DNA of 64,000 bases from an uncultured Planctomycetaceae bacterium (GCA_963813715.1 CAWFAK010000005.1:1-64000), one strand, 5' to 3'. Shown: positions 21,568 to 35,354, counted from the first letter of the stretch. A program made the numbers and translations. Notes: generated by a model not told the origin, from the letters alone.

Positions 21568-22335
21568 GGTTAGAGCGCCTTCTCAAGCCCTGGCAAGTTG
21601 CGGAAGTTCGTGCACGCTCCGAAAACGAGGACCAGGTGGTCGAAGGGAAACTCCTGATGATGACGGCCATCGCCATGAGAAGCCGTGACGTCCTGCCAGT
21701 CAGGCCGATGGACTTTAGTTCGCTCAGGATGAGATCATCGCGCCGAAGCAGCTTGTGACGAGCTCTGGCAATGTTCCGTGGTCGAAGTCGCTTTTGAAAA
21801 CACGCGAGCTCGCCAGTTTCTCGATGACGGAGTCATCGCCTGCTTCCTTTGTCGGTCGATCACGAGCGCCCATCCGAGCATCCAGCGAAGGTCAGCGAAC
21901 GGGAGGAGCACTAGGCAACTTCGATGCCGACGAACAAATCTCCATGACAAGTGCCCGCCAACGCATGAATTCAGTTAGATTTGCTCTAACCAATGGTGGG
22001 AGCCAGGAGAGGTTTTGGGGGGCTGCCTGGTAGCGATTTGTACTCATGGTAGGCTGGGTGTCACGAGGGTTTCGGATCACACAGCAAAACCAAAGGCCCG
22101 ACTCCGCTGGCGGCAAAGTCCTTGAGCGCCGTTTCACCAGCGAAATCCGAGGATCAGGGCGCTTGACGCGAACAGCCCGGCGGTCACGGGCCGAAGATGA
22201 TGCGCCACCAACCGGTTGAAGACCAAGTCGTCGGGAACATGCATAGCGCCGCCCCGGTTAGCGTGGACCGGTCCGTCGATTGGCTGCCTACCGACTCGCA
22301 CAGAGTGGTCGGGGCCATCATCGACACCAGCAGGT

Positions 22336-23790
<1,455 letters not shown>

Positions 23791-23870
23791 GTACTCCGAG
23801 CCTCCTCGAAATCAGTAAGATCTGAAAAGCATGAGTCAGTTTACGAACTCATCACAAAACGGCCAGTTCC

Positions 23871-26800
23871 ATGAGTCACTTCGACAGCAGGCGAATTCGG
23901 GACACCGCGCAGGACCCGGACGGCCAAACGATCGATGACCTTAGGAAGACCGTGGAGGCGTTGCGCGAGCGCGAGCGGCATTGGCGGAGCCTGACCGAGG
24001 CGCTGCCGCAACTCGTCTGGAGCGCCACGCCCGACGGAGCCTGCGACTATTTCAGCACGCAGTGGACCGAGTACACCGGCGTGCCCGAGAGCGACCTGCT
24101 GGGCTGGCATGGCTGGAAGTATTGCACCCGGACGACCGGGAGCCGACCCGGCGATTCTGGACCGACTCAGTGGCGGGCCGCGGCCCCTACGACGTGGAAT
24201 ACCGCGTCCGCCGTTCGGACGGCGTGTATCGCTGGTTCAAGACCCGCGGCACGCCCATCCGCGATAGCGAAGGAAACTTCGCCAAATGGTTTGGGACCTG
24301 CACCGACATCACCGACCTCCGGCAGACCGAGGAAGCGCTCGCGCGAGCGAGGAGCGGTTTCGCAGGACATTCGAGAACGCGGCGGTCGGCATCGCCCACA
24401 GGGACGCCACGGGCCGCATCTTGCGCGTCAACGAGAAGTTTTGCGACATCGTCGGCTACTCTCGCGAGGAACTGCTGCAAAAAAACGTCCGTGAAATAAC
24501 GCATCCCGATGACCTGGCCGCCAGCATGGACGCGCTCGCGGCGCTGTGGCAGGGCGAATCGCCCACCTTCGGTTTAAGAAGCGCTACGTCCGCAAGGACG
24601 GTTCACTGATCTGGGGGGAACTGTTCGCCTCGCTCCAGCGGGATGCGGTCGGCAAGCCCGTTTATGACATCGCGATTGTTACTGATATCTCGGACGCAAG
24701 AGGCTGGAGGAGGAGCTGCGCGAGCGAGGAGCGCCAACGACTTCATCCTCGACAACGCCCACGACGCCTTCGTCGCCATGAGCGCCGACGGCCTCATCGC
24801 CGAATGGAACCGACAGGCCGAGATCACCTTCGGTTGGGCGCGGGCTGAGGCGATCGGCCGTGTCCTGTCCGAAACCATTATCCCCCCGCAGTTACGCGAA
24901 GCTCACAGCCGGGGCTTGGCTCGCTTCCTGGCGACCGGCGAGGGCCCGGTGCTGAACCGCGTTATTGAGGTCCTGGCCCTGCGCCGCGACGGCGGTGAGT
25001 TCCCCGCCGAAATCGGGCATCGCCCCCATCCGCTTGGGCGAGCAGTACCTGTTCGTCGCCTTTATCCGCGATGTGACCGAACGAAAGCGGGCCGAGCAAC
25101 AATTGCGCATCGCAAAAGAGGCGGAAGCCGAACGCGCCCGGCTCGCCGAATTGGGCCGCGACGTTGGTATTGCCCTGAGCCAAGGCGACACGCTTCGCGA
25201 GTTGCTGCAGCCCTGTGCCGAGGCCGTGGTGCAACACCTGGACGCGGCCTTCGCACGCATTTGGTGGCTGCCGCCCGGCACGGACATCCTTGAGTTACAC
25301 GCGAGTGCGGGAATCTACACTCGTCTGGATGGCCGCCACTCACGCATCGCCGTCGGCCATTTCAAAATTGGCGACATTGCCCTGCATCGTCGGCCGTTGT
25401 TGACAAACGAGGCCGCCGACGACCCGCATATCAGCGACAAGGACTGGGCTCGGCGCGAGGGGATGGTCGCTTTTGCAGGCTATCCACTCGTTGTCCAGGA
25501 TCGCTTGCACGGGGTGCTCGGATTGTTTTCTCGCAGGCCCTTGTCGGAGGCCGTGCTTCAGGCCCTGGGATCGGTGGCTGGCGTGATCGCTCTTGGCATT
25601 GAACGCAAGCAGCAAGAAGTCGAGTTGCGGCGGGCTAAGGAAGCAGCGGAGGCGGCCAACCGGGCCAAGGACGAGTTCTTGGCCAACGTCAGCCATGAGA
25701 TCCGTACCCCATGAACGCCATTCTTGGCATGACCGACTTGGCCCTCGACACCTCCATGACCGAGGAGCAGCGGCAGTACCTGACGACGGTTAAGGCCGCG
25801 GGGGACGCCCTCCTCGGGATCATTAACGATATCCTCGACTTCGCCAAGATCGAGGCGGGCCGCTTGGAACTGGACCCGGCCGATTTCTCGATGAGTTCGG
25901 TCCTGGGCGCCACCCTGCGGCGCTGTCCGTGCGGCACACAGGCAGGGGCTGGAGCTGGTTTGCCAACAGCAGCCCGGTGTGCCCGATGCGCTGATCGGCG
26001 ACGCCGGCCGCCTTCGCCAGGTACTCCTCAACCTCGTGGGTAACGCCATCAAGTTCACCGAACGCGGCGAGGTCGTGGTGTTGGTGGAGACCGCCCCCGA
26101 GCCAGCCTCGGGGAGAGGTCCGCCTGCGTTTCGCGGTGACGGACACGGGCATCGGCGTTCCGCCCGAGAAACAGGCAAAAATCTTCCAGGCGTTCGAGCA
26201 GGAGGACACTTCGTCCACGCGCAAGTACGAGGGCACCGGCCTGGGCCTGACCATCGCTGCCCGCCTTGTGGCCCTTATGGGCGGCGAGATCACCGTGACG
26301 AGCGTGCCGGGCCAGGGCAGTACCTTTGCCTTCACGGCGTGCTTCGGGCTCCGGCCGCACAGCTCGGAGACGACTCCTGCCCTGCCCCCGCTCGTGCTGC
26401 GCGATCTGCCAGTCCTGATCGTGGACGACAATGCCACCAACCGGCAGATACTGGAGGAGTGGCTGCGCGGCCACGCGATGGAGCCGACCACCGCCGACAA
26501 TGCCGCGACGGCGATGGAAGTCCTCGTGCGCCGCTTGGCTCAGGGACGCCCCTTCCCGCTCGTCCTCCTCGACGGCCGCATGCCGGGCATCGACGGACTG
26601 GCCCTGGCCGCCATGATCCGCCAGCAGACCGGGCTTTCCGCCACTCGCCTCATCCTGCTGACATCGGGAGACCGACCCGGCGACCTCGCCCGGGCACGTC
26701 AACTCGGGATCAGCGCCATCCTACTCAAGCCGCTCCAGCAACGCGAACTTCTGGAGACCATCTTGCGTGTGATGGTGCACGAAGCGGATCAGGAAGCGTT

Positions 26801-27659
26801 ACTCGCTGCCCCGGCCGCGGTGCAGCCACCAGTGCCGGCGGGCCTGACACGGGCGCCGCTGCGCATCCTCGCGGCGGAGGATAACGTCTTTAACCGGGAC
26901 CTCCTCGAGCATATGTTGGCCCGCCTGGGGCTCACCGCGGCGATGGCGGTCAACGGTCGGGAGGCGCTGGCCCTGCTCGAGCGCGAGCCGTTCGACCTGT
27001 TGCTGCTGGACATCCACATGCCGGAACTGGACGGCTTCCAGGTCGTCGAGGCGATTCGGGAGCGAGAGCGCACCGCCGGAGGCCACTTGCCCGTCATCGC
27101 TTTGACCGCGCGGTCGCGGAACGAGGACCGCGAGCGGTGCGCACAGGCGGGAATGGACGAGTGCCTCACCAAGCCGTACACCGCCGCAGAGTTGTGGGCG
27201 GCGATGGACCGGGTCCTTCGAGACGACGAAGGCGGAAACATGAAGGATCAAAGCGAAGAGACTTCGCCTGCTGATTCATCGTCTGCGATAAGCCTGATCG
27301 ACCCTCTGGTCTTGCTGGCCGCCTGCGGGGGCGACCCTGACATGCTGCGGAAAATGTGCAGGCGGCTCCAGTCCCTCGTCCCGGAGGACCTGACGGCGGT
27401 CCGAGATGCCTTACACGATCAGGACGCCGTGCGCTTACGCGAAGCGGCTCACAAGTTGTACGGCACGCTTTCCGTGTTCTCCACGGTCACCGGCGACCAG
27501 GCAGCCGACCTGGAAGACCTTGCGGCCCGCGGACTGCTCAACGAAGCCCTTCCTCTCGTCGAGCGAGTTAACAAGTCTGCGATTGAACTCGCCCGGCTGG
27601 CAGATGGGCTCACGGTCGAAACACTCCGGCAACTCGTGGAACCTGGCGAGGACCCCTAG
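23871..27659 (+). CDS. hybrid sensor histidine kinase (3 PAS, GAF, HisKA, HATPase, 2 receivers, HPt; frameshifted)
   Basis: PAS motifs [74 protein letters not shown]. Confidence 0.92.
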
Positions 27660-27735
27660 CAGGCCGCCAGCCCCAGACACAGCTGAAAAGGCGAATCGGG
27701 AGGGCGCGTCCCTGATGCGCTCTTGCAACTCCCAA

Positions 27736-28316
27736 TCACAGCTCGTCGAGTTGCAGCTCTTGGGCGACCCGATCGAGCGCACGGGCCAGTTGGTTCCGCC
27801 GCGCTCCAGGCGTACCTCCGAGAGTAGCCGCGACTTCCTCCCAGCTACGACCTTGGCCGCGCAGTTCAACGAGCCGGCGCTCTTCCTCGCTCAGCCGCTG
27901 CCGTGCCTCATCTATTAACTCTTTGCCCGCAATCGCACTGCTCGGGCTTGGATCCCGGCCCGCCAAGGCCAGCTCTTCGACGCCACCCACGGTGCGGCGG
28001 CTGTCACGGCGCAGTTGGTGTTGCCGCCGCATTTTTTCGGCCACTTTGTTGCGGCTCATGGTCACCAGCAACTTGGTCAGGTCGTCGGGTTCCTTCAGGT
28101 CGTACTGGCCGGCGGCCACGCGCACGAAGAAGTTGGCGAGCACCGACTGACAGATGTCCATTGAGTCGAATTCGCCGCGGGCGCGGCGTTCCGGAGACGG
28201 GCGCGCAATACCCTTCGGATGACCGGCTCGAAGTCCCGCACGAGCCGAGCGGCCGCCTGCTCATCGCCGCCGCCGACCCGGCGGATGAGTTCGTCAAACG
28301 AGGGGTCTGGCGGCAT
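27736..28316 (-). CDS. ECF sigma factor, planctomycete type (frameshifted)
   Basis: FDELIRRV..GDEQAAARLVR, SMDICQSVLANFF, LSEEERRLVELR.QGRSWEEVA. Confidence 0.85.
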
Positions 28317-28601
28317 CAGTCGATCCCCCAACCTTGATACCGGTTGCCTACCACCCGGTCGCGCTCGCCACGACTTCGGCCGGTCTTCTTGAGTTTTTTG
28401 TGCGTCCGTCGGCCAGACGGCATTCAAGAGAGTGGGCGGCATTCGTTGCCCGGGGCGTAGCGGCATCAAGGGGGCCATCAACGCCACTCGCGCGACCTCA
28501 GTTTCCGAAAGGTGGCATTTCCGGGCCGCGGCCGAGTTTACTCAGTCTAAACAAGGTAGTTGCTCAGTCAACCATGTCGAGAAACCTGTCGGAGGATTAA
28601 T

Positions 28602-29057
28602 GTGATCACGCAAGCCGGGAACAGCAAGCTGGCGGTGTGGTGGCGATGCATGACCGCTCACTCGCTCATGATTCAGCGAGTCAGCCGCGATCTGGCAGCG
28701 GCAGGTTGCGTGCCCATCGGCTCTTACAACGTGTTGCGCTTGCTCCGCGAGGCCCCCGGCGGTCGCATGCAGTTGAGCGAGCTGGCCAGAGCCGTGCAGC
28801 TCACTCGGAGCGGCGTGACCCGGTTGACCGACCGGCTGGAGAAGGCGGGGTTGTTGCATCGAGAGGAGCACGCCTCGGACCGGCGCAGTTCGTTCGCCAT
28901 CCTGACCGATCGGGGGCGAGGCGAGTGGAGGCGGGCGAGGGCAGTATTTGCCCGATCAGTCGGGGAGCACTTCGGAAGTCACCTAAGCGACGGACAGGCC
29001 GCGACGTTGAACGTGGTCCTGCGTCGAATCGTGACGGCAGAACCGGGAGGCCATTGA
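28602..29057 (+). CDS. MarR-family transcriptional regulator
   Basis: YNVLRLL...LSELARAVQLTRSGVTRLTDRLEKAGLL.RE..SDRR...LTDRG; RBS ggagga before GTG. Confidence 0.9.
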   Translation: MITQAGNSKLAVWWRCMTAHSLMIQRVSRDLAAAGCVPIGSYNVLRLLREAPGGRMQLSELARAVQLTRSGVTRLTDRLEKAGLLHREEHASDRRSSFAILTDRGRGEWRRARAVFARSVGEHFGSHLSDGQAATLNVVLRRIVTAEPGGH

Positions 29058-29059
29058 GA

Positions 29060-30421
29060 ATGACCAAGCTGCAAACCATGCCTGTGTCGGAAGCAGAGCC
29101 GGCCATCACGCTGCGAACGATCTCGCCACCGAATCCCGCGGAGTTGCACGTCTGCTCAACCACGGCAGACCGCAATGCGCTGGCCGAGTCGTATCGAGAC
29201 GTTCGCTTCTGCACCGAAGCCTTGTGCGAGCCGCTCACGTCAGAAGACTATGTCATCCAATCCATGCCGGATGCGAGCCCAGTGAAGTGGCATCTGGCCC
29301 ACACGACGTGGTTTTTTGAGACCTTTCTGCTGACGCCGAACCTGCCGGGCTATCGGCCGTTCCATCCGCAGTTCCGGTTCCTTTTCAACTCTTACTACCA
29401 GAGCGTGGGCCCGCGCTGGCCGCGACCGCAACGGGGGCTGCTGTCCCGCCCGACGACGGTGGAGGTCTATGACTATCGTGAGTACGTCGACAAGCATGTG
29501 ATCCTGCTCCTCCGGACGGCTGGCTCCGAGACTCTGGAGCAAATTGCGACGACGGTCTTGCTGGGAGTGCATCACGAACAACAGCACCAGGAATTGATCC
29601 TCACCGACCTCAAGCACGCCTGGGCCGCCAACCCACTTCATCCCGTCTACCGGAAGGTCGTGCCAGAGAGTGGTTCGCTTCCGCCCCACCGCTGGCTGAC
29701 TTTTCCCGCGGGCCTCGCCTCCATCGGACACGACGGAAGCGAGTTCGCGTTCGACAACGAGTCGCCGCGCCACCGGACCTGGTTGCAAGCGATGCAGCTC
29801 TCAAATCGGCTGGTGACCAACGCCGAATACCTGGCCTTCATCAACGACGGCGGGTATGACCGGCCCGAGTTGTGGCTGTCCGATGGGTGGGCCGCCCGGC
29901 TGGCCCACGGATGGAACTCTCCTCTCTACTGGACGGAGCAGGATGGCGAGTGGTCCATGACCACACTCGCGGGAACTCGACGGGTCCGTCCTGACGAGCC
30001 GGTTTGTCACGTCAGCTTCTACGAGTCTGATGCTTTTGCCCGCTGGGCCGGCGCCCGGTTGCCCACCGAGGCCGAGTGGGAAATGGCCGCTGCCCGCGTG
30101 CCCGTCAGAGGGCACTTCCTAGAAGGAGGGCATTTGCATCCCGCGGCCACCCCTGCGGCGGACGATGCCGGACCAATCTACCAGCTTTACGGCGAGGTCT
30201 GGCAATGGACCGCCAGTCCGTACGTCGCCTATCCCGGCTACCGACCGCTTGCGGGAGGGCTGGGCGAGTACAACGGCAAATTCATGTGCAATCAGTTGGT
30301 GTTGCGTGGCGCGTCCTGCGCCACGCCCCGTAGCCACGCTCGCCGCACGTACCGCAATTTCTTTCCTCCGGACGCTCGCTGGCAGTTCAGCGGCATCCGC
30401 CTGGCCAAGGACCTCGCATGA
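29060..30421 (+). CDS. egtB: ergothioneine biosynthesis sulfoxide synthase
   Basis: QSMPDASPVKWHLAHTTWFFE, FNSYY, HEQQHQEL iron ligands, FGE-like domain RLPTEAEWE, YRNFFPP..RWQFSG. Confidence 0.93.
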   Translation: MTKLQTMPVSEAEPAITLRTISPPNPAELHVCSTTADRNALAESYRDVRFCTEALCEPLTSEDYVIQSMPDASPVKWHLAHTTWFFETFLLTPNLPGYRPFHPQFRFLFNSYYQSVGPRWPRPQRGLLSRPTTVEVYDYREYVDKHVILLLRTAGSETLEQIATTVLLGVHHEQQHQELILTDLKHAWAANPLHPVYRKVVPESGSLPPHRWLTFPAGLASIGHDGSEFAFDNESPRHRTWLQAMQLSNRLVTNAEYLAFINDGGYDRPELWLSDGWAARLAHGWNSPLYWTEQDGEWSMTTLAGTRRVRPDEPVCHVSFYESDAFARWAGARLPTEAEWEMAAARVPVRGHFLEGGHLHPAATPAADDAGPIYQLYGEVWQWTASPYVAYPGYRPLAGGLGEYNGKFMCNQLVLRGASCATPRSHARRTYRNFFPPDARWQFSGIRLAKDLA

Positions 30422-31395
30422 TCCGCACCATCCAGCAATTTCACCGTGGCATCGTCTTCAAGACTGCCGTGAGGCGCTTCCGTGCCGACGTGCTCCGCGG
30501 CTTGAGCGCCCGCGGAAGAAACTCCCATGCAAGTACTTCTACGACGAGGCTGGATCGGAGCTGTTCGAGCGGATCACCGAATTGGAGGAGTATTACCCCA
30601 CGCGCACCGAGCGCGCGATCATGGAACAACACGCTGTGGAGATGGCCGAGCTTCTGGGTCCACGCTGCCTGCTCATTGAATATGGCAGCGGCAGCAGCTC
30701 CAAGACGAGGCTCCTGCTCGACCACTTGTGCGACTCGTCGGCTTACGTGCCGATCGACGTCTCGAGGGAACAGTTGCGACGCACCGGCCGAGCGCTGGCT
30801 CAGGAATACCCGAGAGTCGACGTGCTGCCGTTGTGTGCCGACTTCACCCGGCCGCTCCGGTTGCCCACGCCTCAGGGGGCCGCTGCCCGGCGGGTCGTGT
30901 ACTTTCCCGGCTCGACGCTCGGCAATTTCAGCGCCGGAGGAGGCGACCCGTTTGCTGCGACGGACGGCGGACCTATGCGGTCGCGGCGGAGGATTCCTGG
31001 TCGGCATCGATCTGCAGAAGCACCCGCGGCTGATCGAGGCGGCCTACAACGACCGCCAAGGTGTCACTGCCGCCTTCAACCGCAATATCCTGGTGCGGAT
31101 CAACCGGGAACTTGGCGCGGACTTCGACATCAATCAGTTCGCCCATCACGCCTTCTACAATGCCCCCCGGCAACGGATCGAAATGCACTTGGTGAGCCGC
31201 CGCGATCAGGATGTTCACGTCGGCGGAATGCGTTTCTTCTTTGCCGAGGGCGAATCGATCCACACCGAGAACTCGTACAAGTATTGCGTCCGAAATATGG
31301 CCGAGCTGGCCGAGGCTGGCGGCTTTGCTGTGGAGCGAGTCTGGACGGACGAACGTCAATACTTCGGCGTGTTTTATTTGACTGTGTCGCATTAG
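30418..31395 (+). CDS. egtD: L-histidine N-alpha-methyltransferase (frameshifted)
   Basis: LPCKYFYDEAGSELFERITELEEYYPTRTE, IEYGSGSSSKT, FPGSTLGN, AYND.QGVTAAFN, IHTENSYKY. Confidence 0.92.
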   Translation: MIRTIQQFHRGIVFKTAVRRFRADVLRGLSARGRNSHASTSTTRLDRSCSSGSPNWRSITPRAPSARSWNNTLWRWPSFWVHAACSLNMAAAAAPRRGSCSTTCATRRLTCRSTSRGNSCDAPAERWLRNTRESTCCRCVPTSPGRSGCPRLRGPLPGGSCTFPARRSAISAPEEATRLLRRTADLCGRGGGFLVGIDLQKHPRLIEAAYNDRQGVTAAFNRNILVRINRELGADFDINQFAHHAFYNAPRQRIEMHLVSRRDQDVHVGGMRFFFAEGESIHTENSYKYCVRNMAELAEAGGFAVERVWTDERQYFGVFYLTVSH

Positions 31396-31477
31396 GGGGA
31401 CACCGGCGTTCGTGATGGGCCAGGGAGCGGCAGGTGTTGCCGCCGCGCGAGGCAGTGAGCAAAAGGAGCATCTATCG

Positions 31478-32848
31478 ATGCTGCATTATGACGCCATCGT
31501 GATTGGCTCCGGCCAGGCCGGGAACCCCCTATCGCAGAAGCTGGCCGACCACGGTTGGGCCGTGGCGCTGGTCGAGAAGGAATACCTGGGCGGGACGTGC
31601 ATCAACACGGGCTGCACGCCGACCAAGACGATGGTCGCCTCAGCTCAGGTCGCCTACTACGCGCGCAACGCTGGCCGATGGGGAGTCCGCGCCGGGGAGG
31701 TCAGCCTGGATCTACCCAAGGTGGTCGCCCGCAAGGATCGGGTCGTGGGCCAGTCTCGCTCCGGACTGAGTCGGAAGCTCGAGGAGCGGAAGACCCTGCG
31801 TCTCTATCGTGGGTATGCCCGGTTCATCGGTCCGCATCAGGTCCGCGTCGGCGACGAGGTGCTTGAGAGCGAGCGCATCTTTATTGACACGGGCACCAGG
31901 CCGGATGGTCCCCGTCTGGAAGGGTTAGGCGAGATCGACTACCTGGATAACGCCAGCATCATGCGGTTAACCGAGGTGCCGGAGCACTTGCTCGTCCTCG
32001 GCGGCGGCTACATCGGCATGGAGTTCGGACAAATGTTCCGCCGGTTCGGCAGCCGTGTGACTGTCGTCCAGCGCGAGCAGCAAATTCTCCCCCACGAAGA
32101 CGCCGACGTCGCGGAAGCCTTGCAACAGGCCCTGGAGAGCGAAGGTGTCCGTTTCGTCCTGGGCGCCACGACGACTCGCGTCGGGAAGGAGGACGGCTGC
32201 GTTTCCCTGAAAGTGGTCGTGGGGGCAAACACAGAAACTTTGCGCGGGTCGCATCTCCTGGTCGCCACTGGACGCCGACCCAATACGGACGACCTGGGAT
32301 TGCAAGCCGCCGGCGTGCTGACCAATCAACAGCAGTTCATCGTCGTCAATAACCGGCTGGAGACGAACGTGCCCGGTGTCTGGGCCCTCGGAGACGTGAA
32401 GGGCGGACCGGCGTTTACCCATATCTCCTTCAACGATTACCAAATCGTGTACGCCAATCTGATCGAGGGTAAAGCCCTCACCACCGACAACCGCCCGGTT
32501 CCATATGCCGTGTTCACCGATCCCCAGCTGGGCCGCGTCGGTCTGACCGAGGAGGCGGCGCGGGCCGCAGGGCGACGGATCAAGGTCGGCAAAGTGCCGA
32601 TGGCCTGGGTCGCCCGCGCCATCGAGCGCGACGAGACGGCCGGGCTGATGAAGCTCGTGGTCGATGCTGATAACGATCAGATTCTCGGCGCGGCCATCCT
32701 GGCTGCGGAGGGGGCTGAGGTGGTTCAGATCCTCCACGCCGTGATGCTGGCCGGGGCTCCCTATACGCTCCTGAAGGGAGCGGTCTACATCCATCCGACA
32801 CTCGCCGAGGGACTCTGGACCTTGATGGAAGCAGTTACGCCGGATTGA
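31478..32848 (+). CDS. class I pyridine nucleotide-disulfide oxidoreductase (MerA/RclA/Lpd-like, no MerA C-terminal CC)
   Basis: IVIGSGQAG, GGTCINTGCTPTK redox disulfide, GGGYIGME, ALGDV, HPTLAE; RBS aaggag. Confidence 0.9.
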   Translation: MLHYDAIVIGSGQAGNPLSQKLADHGWAVALVEKEYLGGTCINTGCTPTKTMVASAQVAYYARNAGRWGVRAGEVSLDLPKVVARKDRVVGQSRSGLSRKLEERKTLRLYRGYARFIGPHQVRVGDEVLESERIFIDTGTRPDGPRLEGLGEIDYLDNASIMRLTEVPEHLLVLGGGYIGMEFGQMFRRFGSRVTVVQREQQILPHEDADVAEALQQALESEGVRFVLGATTTRVGKEDGCVSLKVVVGANTETLRGSHLLVATGRRPNTDDLGLQAAGVLTNQQQFIVVNNRLETNVPGVWALGDVKGGPAFTHISFNDYQIVYANLIEGKALTTDNRPVPYAVFTDPQLGRVGLTEEAARAAGRRIKVGKVPMAWVARAIERDETAGLMKLVVDADNDQILGAAILAAEGAEVVQILHAVMLAGAPYTLLKGAVYIHPTLAEGLWTLMEAVTPD

Positions 32849-32934
32849 CACGATTATTTCGCCGGCGGGAATCACCACGGAACTGACTTGGGACGTAACG
32901 CGTTGAACGAACGGATCTGCGAAAGGAGCTCGGT

Positions 32935-33955
32935 ATGCAACTCGGCATGATCGGCCTGGGTCGGATGGGCGCCAACATGGTGCGACGTCTGCAGAAGGCA
33001 GGCCACAAGTGCGTGGTCTTCGACAGGTCGCCCCAAGTGGTGGAAGAACTGGTCAAGGAAAAGGCAACGGGTGCGGCCTCGCTGCAAGACCTCATGAAGA
33101 AGCTCGACAAGCCGCGGGCAGTCTGGTTGATGGTCCCCGCGGCGGCCGTGGACAGAACCATTGCTGACCTCGTGGCCTCTTTGGAGCCTGGCGACATCCT
33201 GATCGACGGTGGGAACTCCTACTACGTGGACGACATTCGCCGTGCGAAGGAGCTTGCCTCAAAGCAGATCCATTACGTGGACGTGGGCACCAGCGGCGGT
33301 GTCTTTGGCCTGGAGCGCGGCTATTGCATGATGATCGGCGGTCCGGACCAGGCGGTCCGGCACCTCGACCCGGTCTTCAAAACTCTGGCACCCGGCGTGG
33401 GCGAAATTCCGCGCGACGCCGGGGCGCGAGAAGATGGGTGGCACCGCGGAGCAAGGTTACCTGCACTGCGGGCCATCCGGTGCCGGCCACTTCGTCAAGA
33501 TGGTGCACAACGGCATCGAGTACGGCATTATGGCCGCCTATGCCGAGGGATTGGGCGTCCTCCGCGACAGCAATATCGGCAAGCACGCAGACGAGATCGA
33601 TGCCGAAACGACGCCCCTGCGCGACCCCGAGCACTACCAGTACGACCTCAATCTGCGAGACATCAGCGAGGTCTGGCGGCGGGGCAGCGTGATCTCCTCG
33701 TGGCTGCTCGACTTGACCGCAGCCGCCTTCGCCAAAGATGCGACGCTCTCAGATTTCGCGGGCCGGGTCTCGGACTCGGGGGAGGGGCGATGGACGATCA
33801 AGGCCGCCATTGACGAAGGGGTGCCTGTGCCTGTCCTCACCACGGCGCTCTACGAGCGATTCACGTCCCGCGGCGAAGCGGATTTCCAGGACAAACTACT
33901 GTCGGCCATGCGTTTCCAGTTCGGCGGACACTTGGAGAAGGTCGCCGGCAAGTGA
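32935..33955 (+). CDS. gnd: 6-phosphogluconate dehydrogenase, decarboxylating, short type (frameshifted)
   Basis: [59 protein letters not shown]. Confidence 0.93.
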
Positions 33956-33976
33956 CGGCGCAAAGGAGAGATCGCA

Positions 33977-35354
33977 ATGAACGAATCCCACTCTGACGCC
34001 CTGGTCTTTTTCGGGGCCAGCGGCGACCTCGCTTACAAAAAGATCTTCCCATCGCTTCAGGCGATGGTGAAGCGCGGCCACCTTGGCGTCCCGGTCATCG
34101 GTGTGGCCAAGATCCGGTTGGACAATCGACCAGCTCCGGCGCGGGCGCGGGAGAGCCTGGAGAAACACGGCGGAGTCGATCCGATCGCTTTCGACAAGTT
34201 ATGCGGATTACTGCGATATGTGGGCGGCGACTATGAAGACCCCGCGACCTTTCAGTCGATCCGCAAGGAACTCGGTTCCGCTCAGCGGCCGGCGCACTAC
34301 CTCGCCATCCCGCCGACGCTGTTCGGGTTGGTCGTGGAGCAGCTCGCCAAGTCGGACTGTATCCGGGGCGGTCGCGTCATCATCGAAAAACCTTTCGGTC
34401 ACGATCTCGTCTCGGCGCAGGAACTCAATCGGATCCTGCTGGCAACTTTTGACGAGAAGTCGATCTTCCGCATCGACCATTACCTGGGGAAACGGCCGGT
34501 GCATAACCTGACCTTCTTCCGCTTCGTGAACTCGCTCTTGGAGGCATTCTGGAATCGCAACTATGTCGAGAGCGTCCAGATCACGATGGCAGAAGACTTC
34601 GGGGTCCAGGGCCGAGGCGCCTTCTACGACGAAGTGGGCACGATCCGGGACGTCGTCCAGAACCATCTGTTCCAGGTGCTGGCAAACCTGGCGATGGAAC
34701 CTCCGGTCCGCACGGACAGCGAAACGATGCGGGATGAAAAGGTCAAGGTCCTGAAGGCCATCCCGCCGCTCGATGCGGGGAATCTTGTCCGCGGGCAGTT
34801 CCGTGGCTACCGCAACGAGAAAGGCGTGGCGCCGAATTCGCAGGTCGAAACCTATGTCGCGCTGCGGCTGGATGTCAATTCCTATCGCTGGCAAGGGGTC
34901 CCGTTCTATATCCGGGCGGGGAAATTTCTGCCTGTCACCTGCAGCGAGGTGGTGGTCCGCATGCGCCGGCCTCCGAGTGTCTTTCCCACGTCCTCCCAGT
35001 CGCCAAACTATTTCCGCTTCCGCATCAGCCCTGAAGTGACCTCCGCGTTCGGCCTAACAGTGATGGACCCGGAAGAGAAGATGATCGGTCAATCGGTGGA
35101 ACTGGTGGCAAGCCACCGCCCTGATGCAGGCGAGATGGATGCCTACGAGCGAGTGCTCGGAGACGCCATGGAAGGAGACGCCACCCTGTTTGCCCGCGAG
35201 GACTACGTCGAAGAGGCCTGGCGAATCGTCGATCCGGTGCTGAAGGCCGGGAGCCCGATCTTCGAGTACGAGCCAAAGACCTGGGGACCAAGTGAAGTCG
35301 ATAAGCAAGGTCGCGCCTCCCGGCGGCTGGCACAACCCCATCATGGCAGGCTGA
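33977..35354 (+). CDS. zwf: glucose-6-phosphate 1-dehydrogenase
   Basis: [41 protein letters not shown]; the shifted end [12 protein letters not shown] stops at 35354. Confidence 0.95.

Noticed and set aside
21724..22244. Short minus-strand ORFs (MHVPDDLVFN..., MGARDRPTKE...)
   Set aside because: Under 50 aa, with weak RBS and no recognisable motif; cannot be supported.
28637..29059. Long N-terminal extension of EgtB
   Set aside because: It is an alternate frame of the marR gene; EgtB starts at about 29060 after gggagg.
29060..30421. Selenoneine (SenA) or ovothiol (OvoA) synthase
   Set aside because: No senB/selD neighbours and no fused C-terminal methyltransferase; the adjacent egtD fits ergothioneine.
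31478..32848. Mercuric reductase merA
   Set aside because: No C-terminal Cys-Cys, no metal-binding N-domain and no mer genes nearby.
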